64,000 bases of DNA from assembly GCF_006345805.1 (NCBI RefSeq), contig NC_043004.1, forward strand, positions 31,682,001 to 31,746,000, read 5' to 3'. This stretch comes from Octopus sinensis. Lineage: Eukaryota. Under the pieces are notes generated by a model, which was not told the origin of the DNA, made no database searches, and saw only the letters and a list, made by a program, of their open reading frames with translations. Below, piece by piece: positions 24,829 to 40,013 of the stretch. Both the position numbers and the translations under genes were made by a program. How positions within the stretch are numbered: position 1 is the first letter of the stretch; every line of letters begins with the position of its first letter.

Positions 24829-26982
24829 ATGAAAGAAGACATCGCAGAATTCTGCAGAAAATTAAGACTTACTGAGGAGCTATACGATAAATACAACGAG
24901 GACGAATCGTTAGCCAGAAATAGGAGTAACTACACCCCCTCGAAAGGTAAGAATAAAACACTTGATGATTTCTGTGACCACATATCAAATTACCCATATC
25001 AACATATGCACAAACAAAAACACAAACCAAACTTCAGCAAAAAAGAATGGTCTGAGTTGAACAAATTAAAACTAGATAAAACAATAACAATCAAAGAGAC
25101 CGATAAAGGGAGTGCTGTTGTCTTAATGGATACGACATTTTACATAACTTTGGTACTTTCTATGCTGGAAGACACAACATACTATGAAAAGGCACAAAAC
25201 TACAGTCAACAAAAAATAATGAGGGAACTAAAATCCATATTAAACCCATACAAAGCAGGGCTAACCGACAAAGAATATGATTATATGACCAATTTCACAA
25301 GTAAAACTAGCCAATTCTACGGTATACCTAAGATCCACAAAAGTGAAAAAATAAGCAACGCATGCAAGATAGCTACAGACAAAATAATTAAAGTCCCTAA
25401 TCCTAATGACCTCAAATTGAGACCCATAATAGCAGGTCCCGCATACGAAACCCACCGCCTCAGTAACTTTTTAGACACCCTGTTAAAACCACTCCTCAAA
25501 CATGTCAAAAGCTATATAAGGGACGACTTAGATATGCTCAATCACCTACCGAATACTATAAACAAAAACACCATACTGGTATCCTTCGATGTAGTCAACC
25601 TCTACTCCAATATCCCCCACAACCTAGGACTAGAGGCAATCCAATTCTGGCTAGAGAATCACGCCAACGAACTACCACACCGCATCAAAAAAGAATTTGT
25701 GATAGAAGGGGTTAAATTCATCCTGGAAAATAACTTCTTCGCCTTCAATGACAACTTCTACCGACAAAAATCGGGGACTGCGATGGGTACACGAATGGCC
25801 CCCTCCTTTGCCAACCTAGTCATAGGATACCTAGAGATCAGTCTGTATCGTAAGGTTCTAGAAAGATATGGCAGCCCTTTCTCCATCTACATAGAAAACA
25901 ACTGGAAGAGATATCTAGATGACTGTTTCATCCTTTGGCATAAAAATATAGAAAAACTCATAGAATTCCAGAAAATTTTAAACGGACTGGACGTAAACAT
26001 CCAATTCACGATGGAATATAGCCAACAACAACTCCCCTTCCTCGATATCCTCATTAAGAAAGCTAATAATATAATAGAAACAGACATATACTATAAGCCT
26101 ACAGACTCTAAGCAATATCTTCCATTCAATTCATGCCACCCCAGACACACCAGGATGAATATCCCCTTCAATCTAGCAAAAAGGATATGCACTATAGTCT
26201 CTAACGCAAACACCAGAGACACACGACTACAAGAACTAAAAGATACCCTAATCACCAGGAACTATCCACCTTCACTTATTGACAAATGCATTCAACGTGC
26301 CCTTCAACTTAACATCAAGGAACTGAGACATCCCAAATCAAAGAAAAACTTACAACCAAAAGCCTTACCATACATCTCCACACACAACCCTCTCAATAAC
26401 GAAGCCTTCGACACCATCCTCCACAACATACCCCTCCTAAAAAAAGACCACAGAATGAACACAATCCTCCAAACACACACGATCATAAAAAGCAAAAGAC
26501 AGCCTAGATCCATGAAAAGTCTCCTTACACAAGCCCGAATTCACTCTTCAACACAGAAGCCGACAGTAAAAAAATGTGGAAGACCCAATTGCGGGATATG
26601 CGACTATCTAATCGAGGGTTCTGAGTTCTCCTTCAAACAGGGACAACGTTTTACAGTGAAAAGCAACTTCACATGTGCTTCGGAGAACCTAATGTACTCA
26701 CTAACCTGCTCCGGGTGTCAAGAGCAGTACATAGGCCAAACAAAAAATGGTTTGCGTAAACGAATGGCCCTGCACAGATCCCAGATAAAAATTCCCCAAA
26801 ACAGAAAAATAGCTTTTAGCCAACACATAGATACTTGCGCCAACAAAAAAACACCAAACTTCAGAATTTTCCCCCTCTACCAATTTAGGGACGATACAAC
26901 CTCGAGACAACGAATAAGTAAAGAAAATCTCTTTATTACAAAATACAAGCCACTTCTTAACGGGTCTACGACAAACAATTAA
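24829..26982 (+). CDS. PLE reverse transcriptase + GIY-YIG endonuclease (717 aa; frame open from 24631, 5'-truncated)
   Basis: LSKGLKFTPTP, SFDVVNLY, GTAMG, RYLDDCF, YYKPTD, CGRPNCGIC linker, NLMY...YIGQT...KPLLN. Confidence 0.95.
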   Translation: MKEDIAEFCRKLRLTEELYDKYNEDESLARNRSNYTPSKGKNKTLDDFCDHISNYPYQHMHKQKHKPNFSKKEWSELNKLKLDKTITIKETDKGSAVVLMDTTFYITLVLSMLEDTTYYEKAQNYSQQKIMRELKSILNPYKAGLTDKEYDYMTNFTSKTSQFYGIPKIHKSEKISNACKIATDKIIKVPNPNDLKLRPIIAGPAYETHRLSNFLDTLLKPLLKHVKSYIRDDLDMLNHLPNTINKNTILVSFDVVNLYSNIPHNLGLEAIQFWLENHANELPHRIKKEFVIEGVKFILENNFFAFNDNFYRQKSGTAMGTRMAPSFANLVIGYLEISLYRKVLERYGSPFSIYIENNWKRYLDDCFILWHKNIEKLIEFQKILNGLDVNIQFTMEYSQQQLPFLDILIKKANNIIETDIYYKPTDSKQYLPFNSCHPRHTRMNIPFNLAKRICTIVSNANTRDTRLQELKDTLITRNYPPSLIDKCIQRALQLNIKELRHPKSKKNLQPKALPYISTHNPLNNEAFDTILHNIPLLKKDHRMNTILQTHTIIKSKRQPRSMKSLLTQARIHSSTQKPTVKKCGRPNCGICDYLIEGSEFSFKQGQRFTVKSNFTCASENLMYSLTCSGCQEQYIGQTKNGLRKRMALHRSQIKIPQNRKIAFSQHIDTCANKKTPNFRIFPLYQFRDDTTSRQRISKENLFITKYKPLLNGSTTNN

Positions 26983-27666
26983 TATACCTCAACTTTAGAA
27001 TAAAAGAAAAAAATATATATACACACACAAATACTACACTCCATAGAATCCATTACTAATCAGCCCCTTCATAGCTATATTTACACCCATTCATATTCTC
27101 CCTTCTCTGTTTTTTTCTTCTTCTTCTTCTTCCTCTTCTTCTTCATCATCATCGTTATCATCATCATCGGCATCATCATCATCGCCACCATCATCTCCTT
27201 CTCCTCCTTCTTCTTCTTCTTCATCATCATCGTTATCATCATCATCGTCGTCATAATCATCACCACCATCATCGTCATCTTCTCCTTCTCCTTCTTCTTC
27301 TTCTTCTTCTTCTTCTCCACCCCCTACCCCTTAAGTTTGTCACTAATGTTTTTTAGTATAACACCTACGCTAATTCTATAAACAAGCCTGTCAATATAAA
27401 TATTCTCCTGAATTGAACTGAGACTGCCAGCCGCCACTGACCATTCAAAATACGACCATCAGGGCACTCCCAGATTCTCCCACCCCCCTTTCCTCACCAG
27501 CCTTCCCTCTACTACCCTACCAAGAACTCACAACTACCTCGAACACACAAGTGCAAACAAGGGAGTCAGAGAAAGGCAGAATGCCACTTAAATCTGAACA
27601 CTACTATAGAAATATTCTTTTAAAAAAACTTTTCTTCTAATTTTTCTAAATTTAATTATTTAATCG

Positions 27667-27710
27667 TTACAGTTGAAAAGGTCTCAAAATGACCGAAACC
27701 GGTACTGAAA
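27667..27710 (+). ncRNA. Minimal type-I hammerhead ribozyme, U3-A8 core variant
   Basis: cag-UUGAAAA-GGUC(ucaaaau)GACC-GAA-ACCGGU-A/cug; sense to the PLE ORF, 64 nt from the element end. Confidence 0.78.
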
Positions 27711-27794
27711 TGTTCACTATAAAATTATTTTAGCATTTTCTATTTTTTACTTGTTTTTTCATATATATCAACTCGTGTGTTCCTTTTCACCCTT

Positions 27795-27861
<67 letters not shown>

Positions 27862-28078
27862 CACATACATGCACAAATATACACACACTCAAATACACAC
27901 CTGCATTATACATTTCGTTTGTGTTTCAGTATGTGTACATGATTGTGGAGTTTTAAAGATTGTGATGTCAAACTTAGTCCATGGGGTTGTGAATTCATAA
28001 ATTTTTGTATTTCCTTTCTGTGAATCATGTGATGTTATGAAGATATATATCTGTGTAATGAGGGAATCTAGCCTAAAT

Positions 28079-28367
28079 TTAATGGGGCATGTATCTTGTA
28101 TGTATAATGTTCATATAATGCTTATAATCAGTGTCCAGAGAAGAACTTATCCAGGTTGGAGGAGTGGCAAAGTGGGGAGGAGTCGTTTCCTCCATAATGT
28201 TTAAAACATTCACTGTTGATGTAATAATATTTAGTTTTTTCACTGGTGCAGAGCTCACATTTGCTGCCTTGTTCTCTGTGTTTGCTATAATGATTATATT
28301 TCTCATGCCTCTCTCTTCAGATATCCATATCATATTCGATAAAGATGTATGTTCTTTGTTTTCCTCT
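28079..28367 (-). CDS. Hypothetical second exon (EENKEH...YMPH*)
   Basis: ctttttttag acceptor and 95 open codons in AT-rich DNA. No homology recognised. Confidence 0.25.
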
Positions 28368-28790
28368 CTAAAAAAAGCTAGATATGCAGCATCTTTATCC
28401 AATATAGTATGGACATTCAAAGAGAGATGCATGAGAAATATAAACAGCATGATATTTAAATGAAATTTGTAGATGGAGCATGTGTATGCATGAACATGAG
28501 TGTGTGTCTGTATATATGAATATAATCAATGATACCACCTGAGGGAAAATAGTGTGTTTGTTTTCAACTTCTGATAAGCAAAAACGAAAGTTGTTTCAGT
28601 TTTCAATGTGTGATAAGTGAATAAAAATGAAAATAATTGACTTGACAACAGGAAAACCACTTAGATAGAAAATCTGCCTCAAGAAATTTCATCTAACCCA
28701 TTCTAGCATGGGAAAATGGATGTAAAATTAAATGGATGCAAATACCAGGAGATAAAATAACCAAGAATGACTAAATGTCACATAAATACA

Positions 28791-28822
<32 letters not shown>

Positions 28823-28836
28823 CATACATACATACA

Positions 28837-28868
<32 letters not shown>

Positions 28869-29864
28869 GTAAAATCTATTTACCAATGTAAGGTGACAGT
28901 CCTACATAGGACCATGTTACTACCTTTTAATCCCAGGAAAACATCTTTTCCAGCTGGTTATGTACACAGGACAAGGACACAATCTGTGTCTAAAATACAC
29001 TGTGAGCAAGGAAGTGTACTGCTCCCTCCTAGCCACTAGCAGTACCAACAGGCCAATAGTTTCTGGGTAATTTTGACATACTTGGTGCTGGACAAACACC
29101 AGCTAGAGATAGCTTACTCAACCCTACTCACAGTATATAAATATAGAAGTGACAGACAGTCGCTGGTCTCGTAATGCGTAAAACAGCTAGTTTTAAATCT
29201 CTGAATGAGATCTACGTAGTAATTATACTTCATAGTGAGGAAAGGCAAACAATGAGGCAATACAGAACAAGGACAAGCATTCCTTTTCAATGTGCTTATC
29301 TATTTATCTACCTCTTTCTCATACCAGGTTATATTATTCATTCTTCCCCTTCTCTCAGGACTGAATACCCTTTCATATATTGAGCAGTATATATCTAATA
29401 CAATGTTTTTTCTTATCTGTCTTTTCTCACACCAGAATGGATTATTTATTTCTCCTCTCAATATTCACACAACTTTGGAATTGCTAGCATTCATTCTTCC
29501 TCCAGAATGAATTCCCCTCAGTATACTAAAGAATATATATCCAATGCATACCGCTTACCTATCTATCTTTTTCCTCACCAGAATATACCTTTATTCCATG
29601 CACAACTTTGGATCTACAAGCATTCATTTTCATTAACCCTCAATATGGAGTTCTGCATAAGAATTCTTTCCCTCTTCTCACCATGCTGTATCATTTAACC
29701 AGTCTTTCTGATCATGGATTTACCTAAAGAAGACCCTATCCAATTGGATTTAATTGGACCCTCCTACCCTCCTGGACATAATAAACCATAACAAATATCA
29801 TTGATGAGCAACATTCTTCCACTGTCTAATCTATATTTTTCTGATGACAAAATACCCAACTTAC

Positions 29865-29938
29865 AGAGTCTTTGCTCGATACAATGCTCCAGTAGCTGAG
29901 ATATCCCAGAAATAGCTGTCAGAGACTATCTTTACCAT
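29865..29938 (-). CDS. Hypothetical first coding exon (MVKIVSDSYFWDISATGALYRAKT)
   Basis: caaaATG start and perfect GTAAGT donor; phase 2 matches an acceptor at 28367. No homology recognised. Confidence 0.25.
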
Positions 29939-30146
29939 TTTGTAATATAATATAATTATAGATTATCAGTCTTTTATTATGCACAGTTTAATAAGACATG
30001 TTGTAGTTATTTATAATGACATTTAATGAAACATAATTGTTTTAAAATAAGTGAAGTGAATATAAAAAAGCAAATAAGATAAAAGTAAAGATAACAGTTA
30101 TATGATACCAGTATATAACAAATAACTGATCAAGACGGCTTGCAGC

Positions 30147-33560
<3,414 letters not shown>

Positions 33561-35501
33561 CTTAATTGGAGTGGTTTTCTGCAACATGTGCTGGGACAAC
33601 TTAACATTATTACGATCTGGTCCTCCAAAATAACAGGTACACAGTAATTATTTTAAAGCGCTTTTCTTGACCATTCGAATACTTTATAGTAATTAATTTG
33701 TGAGGTATTACTGTCTTAGCTTCTAGTAAAATATACAGAGTATTTACGATATCTTTTAATCAATACTTGATGAAAACCCATGTTAATAGATGGTACATCA
33801 AGTATGCATTGATGCAATGTAATGTTCCTCTATGTTTTTGCTGTAAGTATGCACAAAAATTGTGTGTATTGTGTGCAAATTTCAGATTTTTCTGCAAAGT
33901 ATGTGTGCATTCATACAAATAACCATTGCTCAAGTTTTTTCAGTTACAAAAGAAAAGTCTGATTTCATCATGAAAACCTTGTGTGTGTACACTTTTTTCA
34001 CTTCCCTTGTTGTACTGCAGCAGAAGCATGTTCACACTTTGCTTGTTTAAGCTTAAATAGGGCGTATATCAGCTTGTACACCTGTTTTTTGCAAGTGGTT
34101 ACATGACCTGATCACACATCGATCTAGGTCTTGCTGATCTTCCAAACCCATTCATACCAATTAGATGCTCTAAGTTATCCAATCAGACCACTTGCTAGAC
34201 CGGCAAAGTGTGCCAAATTTGCATTGGTGTCCTGAAGCCTACCATCAGCTATATATGGAAACCTTTCCCACTATTTCTTCAGTGAAGTGGGATGCATGGT
34301 TGAGTTCAGATGTTCGGTAGAATAGAAGCTTATTTTACAGGCAGCCTGCCTCTGGTATCCTTTCATGCATACTTCAGCAGAAGTTATGTCATGTATTTGT
34401 TTTCCTGTTCTACACTGCATAGATCATGTGCCAATTGCATTAGAAACCATTGTGCATTTTCTGACAAGATATACCTCTACAGCTTTGCCGTGTTAATGCA
34501 CTTTAACAGGTTGAATAAATCATTGCATTTTATCCTTCTGGTTTTCTGTTTTATTCCTTTATCTACATGCACATGTATATTGGAACTCAAACCAGCATTA
34601 TCCTTCAATGCAACCAACTCTGTCAAAGCACAACATGTGTGTACTCAAATGCTCAAAGTAAAGGGAACATGAAGGCAATGATAACAGTTATTAGACTGTC
34701 ATTAGACTGTGGCCATCTTGAAGAAATTTTTTGGTTGAATGAATTGACCCTAGTATGTTTTCTTTATTTCTTTAAACCTGGTACTTATTCTATTAGTCTC
34801 TTATGTCGAGTTGCTAAGTTACAGAGATGTAAACATTCCAACATCACTTGTCAAACAGTGATGGAGGGTAAACATAAGCACAACAACAACAACACACTCA
34901 CACACCTCACAATATATAGAAAAATAAGTGACAAATAGTCACTGATTTTGCAAAGTAGTCAGGGGCTTTGATGGAGTAAAGGGTTTCTTGTCATAATTTC
35001 ATGGTTTCTAATATAAAAAGTTATTCCAATGTCACTACAACATAGTGCATGTGAAGATCTTTGCACTTCCAAATGTGGTCCATTCTTGGTCACTTGCTAC
35101 ACCTCCATGTTGCTGATGTGTGTGCAGCATTGTGTGTTCATGTTTTTGTGGGTATTGAGGGAGTTCAAACTCCTCCCATTATTGTATTACATCCGTTTGT
35201 TTTGTTATGGGGCTTGGATGGAATCATTTGTTGTATTAGTGTCTGTATTATGTGATATGTGTGTAAAACAGACTGTGTTCTGCAGAGTAAATGTTGTGGG
35301 AGTTGTTTATTTTATTGGCTGGTTATTAATGTATCAGGTGAAGATTGCATCGATAACCAGCTGGAGGAGGCTTCTCCTGGGGTTGAAAACAGTAGTAATG
35401 TCAGTTCCTACAGAATAGCCATGTTGAAGTGGCGATAACCATTACTTCTCAATATAGTTACTACTTCCATCTCTATAAGAGATTTTCTAACTAGCTACTT
35501 A

Positions 35502-35545
<44 letters not shown>

Positions 35546-35821
35546 AAAGGATTATCATCACCATCATCATCATCATCATTATTGTTTGTTTTTTCCTTCT
35601 TTCTTCAAATTTTCTTCCATTTCTCACCGAGTGTTTTCCATACACCTAGGGCAGATAAGCTCATTGTATGCATTCCCAGATTACACACGCAAATTCACAG
35701 GTAAAATATGTATTTAAAAAATTAATAAATGAATAAATTCATGAATGGATGTTGTTTTCACAGCGATAATGCTCTTCTCAGTACATGAGTCATTCCATAT
35801 TATTATTATTATTATTATTAT

Positions 35822-36521
35822 TCAGTAGTTTTATTTTTATTTATATAGCGTGCTTTCACTTCACTACCGAGCGCAGCTCTGTGTGCCTTGGGTATGTGCT
35901 GTGATTTGTTGTGATGCTCTGATGGTTATTGTATGGAAAGTGTTCTGCGTAGGATGTGGGCAGTGCCTAGTAGTGCAATTTTCTGTATGTTATATGTATT
36001 TGTAAGTCCTGGTGTTTTTGTTATGTATTTGTCTGAATATTTTTTTATCATGCCTAATGCACCAACTATGATAGGAATTGTTTCTGTTTTCAGATTCCAC
36101 ATTCTAGTTACCTCTATTTCCAGGTCTTTGTATTTTGAGAGTTTCTCCATTTCTTTTAGAGACACGTTGTCATCTGCCGGTATTGATACATCAATTAAAA
36201 AGCATTTTTTTTCTTCATGATCTCTGACAACTATATCTGGTCTGTTGGCCTTAATTTCTCTATCTGTGTGTATCGGCATATCCCAGAGTATGGTTGCTTT
36301 CTCGTTTTCTGTGACCTTTTCTGGTGTGTGCCTATACCATCTTTTTTCTGTTGTTATTCCATAATGTTGGCATAGCTTCCAATGTATGTAGGTTCCAACT
36401 CTGTCATGTCTGTGAATATATTCCTTCTTAGCCAGGACTGGGCAGCTAGAGATAATATGATTTATTGTTTCTTGTCCATCTCCACATATTCTGCAGTTAC
36501 TTGTAATATTTCTTTTCATTA

Positions 36522-36522
<1 letters not shown>
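35822..36522 (-). mobile_element. 5'-truncated R4/Dong-like LINE with restriction-like endonuclease
   Basis: CRICGDGQETINHIISSC, RHDRV, NRPDIV...LIDVSIP, KLSKYKDL (ORF 35926-36519); (TAA)n on both sides. Confidence 0.88.
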
Positions 36523-36576
<54 letters not shown>

Positions 36577-36578
<2 letters not shown>

Positions 36579-36815
36579 AGGTGGTGAACTGGCAGAATCA
36601 TTAGATTGCCAGGTAAACTGCTTAGTGGTATTTCGAAATGCTTAGTGGTACTTTGTCTGCCGCTACATTCTGAGTTCAAAATCCACTGAGGTCAGCTTTG
36701 CCTTTCATAGTTTTGGGGTCGATAAATTAAGTACCAGTTACACACTGGGTTCAATGTAATCGACTTAATCCCTTATCCCAAATTTGAGGCCTTGTGCTTC
36801 CAGTAGAAAGGATAA
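36577..36815 (+). mobile_element. SINE family B (gtagaaaggat-type tail)
   Basis: Head ggtggtgaactggcagaatc...gagttcaaaatcc; (TAA)n tail. Confidence 0.8.
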
Positions 36816-36827
36816 TAATAATAATCC

Positions 36828-36879
<52 letters not shown>

Positions 36880-37506
36880 CATTATTATTACAGTAAGTAT
36901 GTCTTTGTCAAGTTCAAAATAAGAAGTGATAAAAATTCAAAATTATAGAAATTTAAATGTAAAGTATGAATGAGAGCAACCAGCATCCACACATTGGTGG
37001 AATGACATTATCAGTTTTTAAGATACAATTTTATAACAGGCGAAAAGAAAAAGACAGAAAAAAACAAAAAAAAACAAAAGAAAAAAAGGAAAGAAAAAGA
37101 GAGAAAGAAGAATATTTTATTCAAACAGTTTTGTATAAATTTGATAATATTCTCCTGTCATCTTATTCATTCCTCCAGGGTGTTATGTTAATAACCCGCA
37201 AACATATTTCTCTTCATACATTCTGCCAGCGTTGACTTTGCCTTACATCCTTTCAGGGTCAGTAAATTAAGTACCAGCTGAGAACTGGGGTCAATGTAAT
37301 CAACTTTCCCCCTCCCCCAAATTTCAGGCCTTGTGCCTTTAGTAGAAAGGATTATTATTGTTATTATTAAACTAACAATTTTAAAACATATTCTACACAT
37401 ATAGGAATTAAGGGTTTTTTTCAGATATCAATAAAGATATTAAACATATTAACACTAGCAGTATAAAGATGTCTGTGAGAAAGTCATAATAACACTAAAG
37501 TGATAT

Positions 37507-37616
37507 TTAGTACTTTGTACTAAACAACGTAGACTGCTTGTCAAATTTGTCACATTCCACTTGGAATCTCTCATACTGAGAAACTGTGAACCAATTCTTC
37601 CAGTCACCAACAACAC
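37507..37616 (-). CDS. Cytosolic sulfotransferase exon 5 (GVVGDWKNWFT...TKY*)
   Basis: ttttacag acceptor, phase 1, GxxGDWK motif, TAA at 37507-37509. Confidence 0.92.
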
Positions 37617-38473
37617 CTGTAAAATAGAAGAGACTTTAGCTGTAAGAATTTCATGTCTATAATAAGAAGCTGTCTTTTATATGCCTCAATCAGAGTAACA
37701 TTAAATACTGTAATGTGGTCAATACCAAAAGGTTGGTTGGATGGATGGATGGTTCTCCATTGGTTTTTACGATGTGGAGGATTCAGTTGTTTGATCAAGT
37801 TAATTACTTGCTCATTGAATTAATGTGTAAATGACTGAGTATTCCACAGACACATCATCATCATCGTAATTCTCAAGCAGAATCAATATGACATTATGTG
37901 TGACAAGACTATATCTTGGAATTACAGGTACAATCCATCCAGCTGGTTTCTATACAGTTTCAGTATGGCTAGGATGTAAGGCAGCACCTTTGATGATTTG
38001 AAGGCCTCTGAAACTTGGGGGAGAGATGGAGGAAGGAAGGTAGGCCACTATAGGATTTGAACTCAAAAAGCAAAGAGCTGAAGCAAATACAAGGCATCTG
38101 ATCTTGTTTAGTTATATTAGACTCATTTAATCATTTTAATGTTGATCTGTTCTCACTGAGAGATTTACTTAGCACACAGAGAGGGTATAATACATTTTCT
38201 AGACATCACAAGTTGGTTGTAAATGAGCATCAATATCATACAAGAGATGTTGTCTCTTTCCAATCTTCCATGAAAAACATATTTGACTATAGGAAATATT
38301 ACCATACTTGGAAACAGGTGAAGATTGGTGGTAAGAAGGGCATATGGCTATAAGGAATCTATCTTAACAAATTCCATTTAACCCATCCAAGCACAGAAAA
38401 ACAGTTGTTGAAATAATAATGATGATGATGATGATGATGATGGTGGTGATGATGATAATAATGATGATGACTA

Positions 38474-38534
<61 letters not shown>

Positions 38535-38557
38535 TATTATCATTATTATTATTATTA

Positions 38558-38594
<37 letters not shown>

Positions 38595-38600
38595 CATCAT

Positions 38601-38756
38601 TCAGTAGTTTTATTTTTATAGCGTGCTTTCACTTCACTACCGAGCGCAGCTCTGTGTGCTTTAGGTATGTGCTGTGATTTGTTATGATGCTCTGATGGTT
38701 ATTGTATGGAAAGTGTTCAGCGTAGGATGTGTGCAGTGCCTAGTAGTGCAATTTTC

Positions 38757-38758
<2 letters not shown>
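38601..38758 (-). mobile_element. Short R4/Dong-like 3' fragment in (TAA)n
   Basis: Near-identical to 35822-35990. Confidence 0.85.
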
Positions 38759-38790
<32 letters not shown>

Positions 38791-39074
38791 GAGTGAGAGA
38801 GCAGCACATGGCATCAAAGTGACACTGGGGTACATATATACAAAGCCCAATTTACCCATCAAGACTACCTACCTGTCTCATAAGGGTACACCAGGCACAT
38901 GCATCACAACCATATGTGCACGACATGGTGATTTCATGTCAAGATAAACAACGCATAACCTTGCAGGTGGGGCCCAGTTAGAATTTTCTTCAGGTTGAGT
39001 AGCCCATCCTGCTCAAAAGGTCCCTGAATAATAAAAATAATAATAATAATAATAATAATAATTATTACTCTTGT

Positions 39075-39480
39075 ATTACTCTTGTACTTGTTTCAGTCAT
39101 TTGACTGCGGCCATGCTGGAGCACCGCCTTTAGTTGAGCAAATCGACCCCGGGACTTATTCTTTGTAAGCACAGTACTTATTCAATCGGTCTCTTTTGCC
39201 GAACCGCTAAGTGACGGGGGACGTAAACACACCAGCATCGTTTGTCAAGCAATGCTAGGGGGACAAATACAGACACACAAACACACACATACATACATAT
39301 ATATATATACATATATACGACAGGCTTCTTTCAGTTTCCGTCTACCAAATCCACTCACAAGGCATTGGTCGGCCCGGGGCTATAGCAGAAGACACTTGCC
39401 CAAGGTGCCACACAGTGGGACTGAACCCAGAACCATGTGGTTGGTAAAGAAGCTACTTACCACACAGCCACTCCTGCGCC
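39075..39480 (-). mobile_element. Full-length SINE family A in sulfotransferase intron 4
   Basis: Homologous to 1191-1593. Confidence 0.9.
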
Positions 39481-39549
<69 letters not shown>

Positions 39550-39579
39550 CAAAATGAAAATATAAATCAAAGATCGTAC

Positions 39580-39745
39580 CGTTACGGAAAAATGATTCAC
39601 CAGGAGTTCGAAAAGATTCAGTGTGAGGAGGTTTTGCTGCCTTCATTTTGTCAAAAGTACATTTGTCAGCAATATCTTTAAAAAGTTGGTCATTTTTAGG
39701 AAGGCCTAAAAACTCAGCCACTTTAGCCACATTGCCAACTAAATC
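39580..39745 (-). CDS. Sulfotransferase exon 4 (DLVGNVAKVAEFLG...CTFDKMK...FFRNG)
   Basis: tttag acceptor, gtacga donor, 166 nt. Confidence 0.93.
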
Positions 39746-39909
39746 CTAAAGTAAATATTAAAAAAAAAACATTACACATACAAACACTATGAAATATCAG
39801 CAAAGTAACTATTTTAGTACAGTTTTAACATATAAATTGTAAAAAGATACATACACACCATGAAACAGCAAAATAAATTTCAGTTTTTAGTAAACAAAAG
39901 ATATTTCAC

Positions 39910-40013
39910 CTTTTTGAGGTCTTCATATTTAACTATCAAAATGGGTAGTTCCGGATGGTCATTAATGTCCTTCTCCCACTGGAGCATATATTCAAACCAG
40001 CTACCGTAATTCA
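39910..40013 (-). CDS. Sulfotransferase exon 3 (NYGSWFEY...VKYEDLKK)
   Basis: tttcag acceptor, gtgaaa donor, 104 nt; YGSW and YEDLK motifs. Confidence 0.93.

Larger units (their letters stand above)
21801..27768 (+). mobile_element. Young Penelope-like element (Neptune-type) with inverted and partly duplicated 5' arm
   Basis: 21801-23440 is a near-perfect inverted copy of 26124-27768; second inverted copy of 26124-26780 at 23937-24603; inserted in (TA)n. Confidence 0.93.

Noticed and set aside
27081-27320. K/M-rich 79-aa ORF, also at 22249-22488
   Set aside because: (CTT)/(CAT) low-complexity part of the PLE 3' region.
34050-34500. Possible piggyBac transposase remnant on the minus strand
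   Set aside because: Only a faint SGHV...QVY resemblance with many stops.
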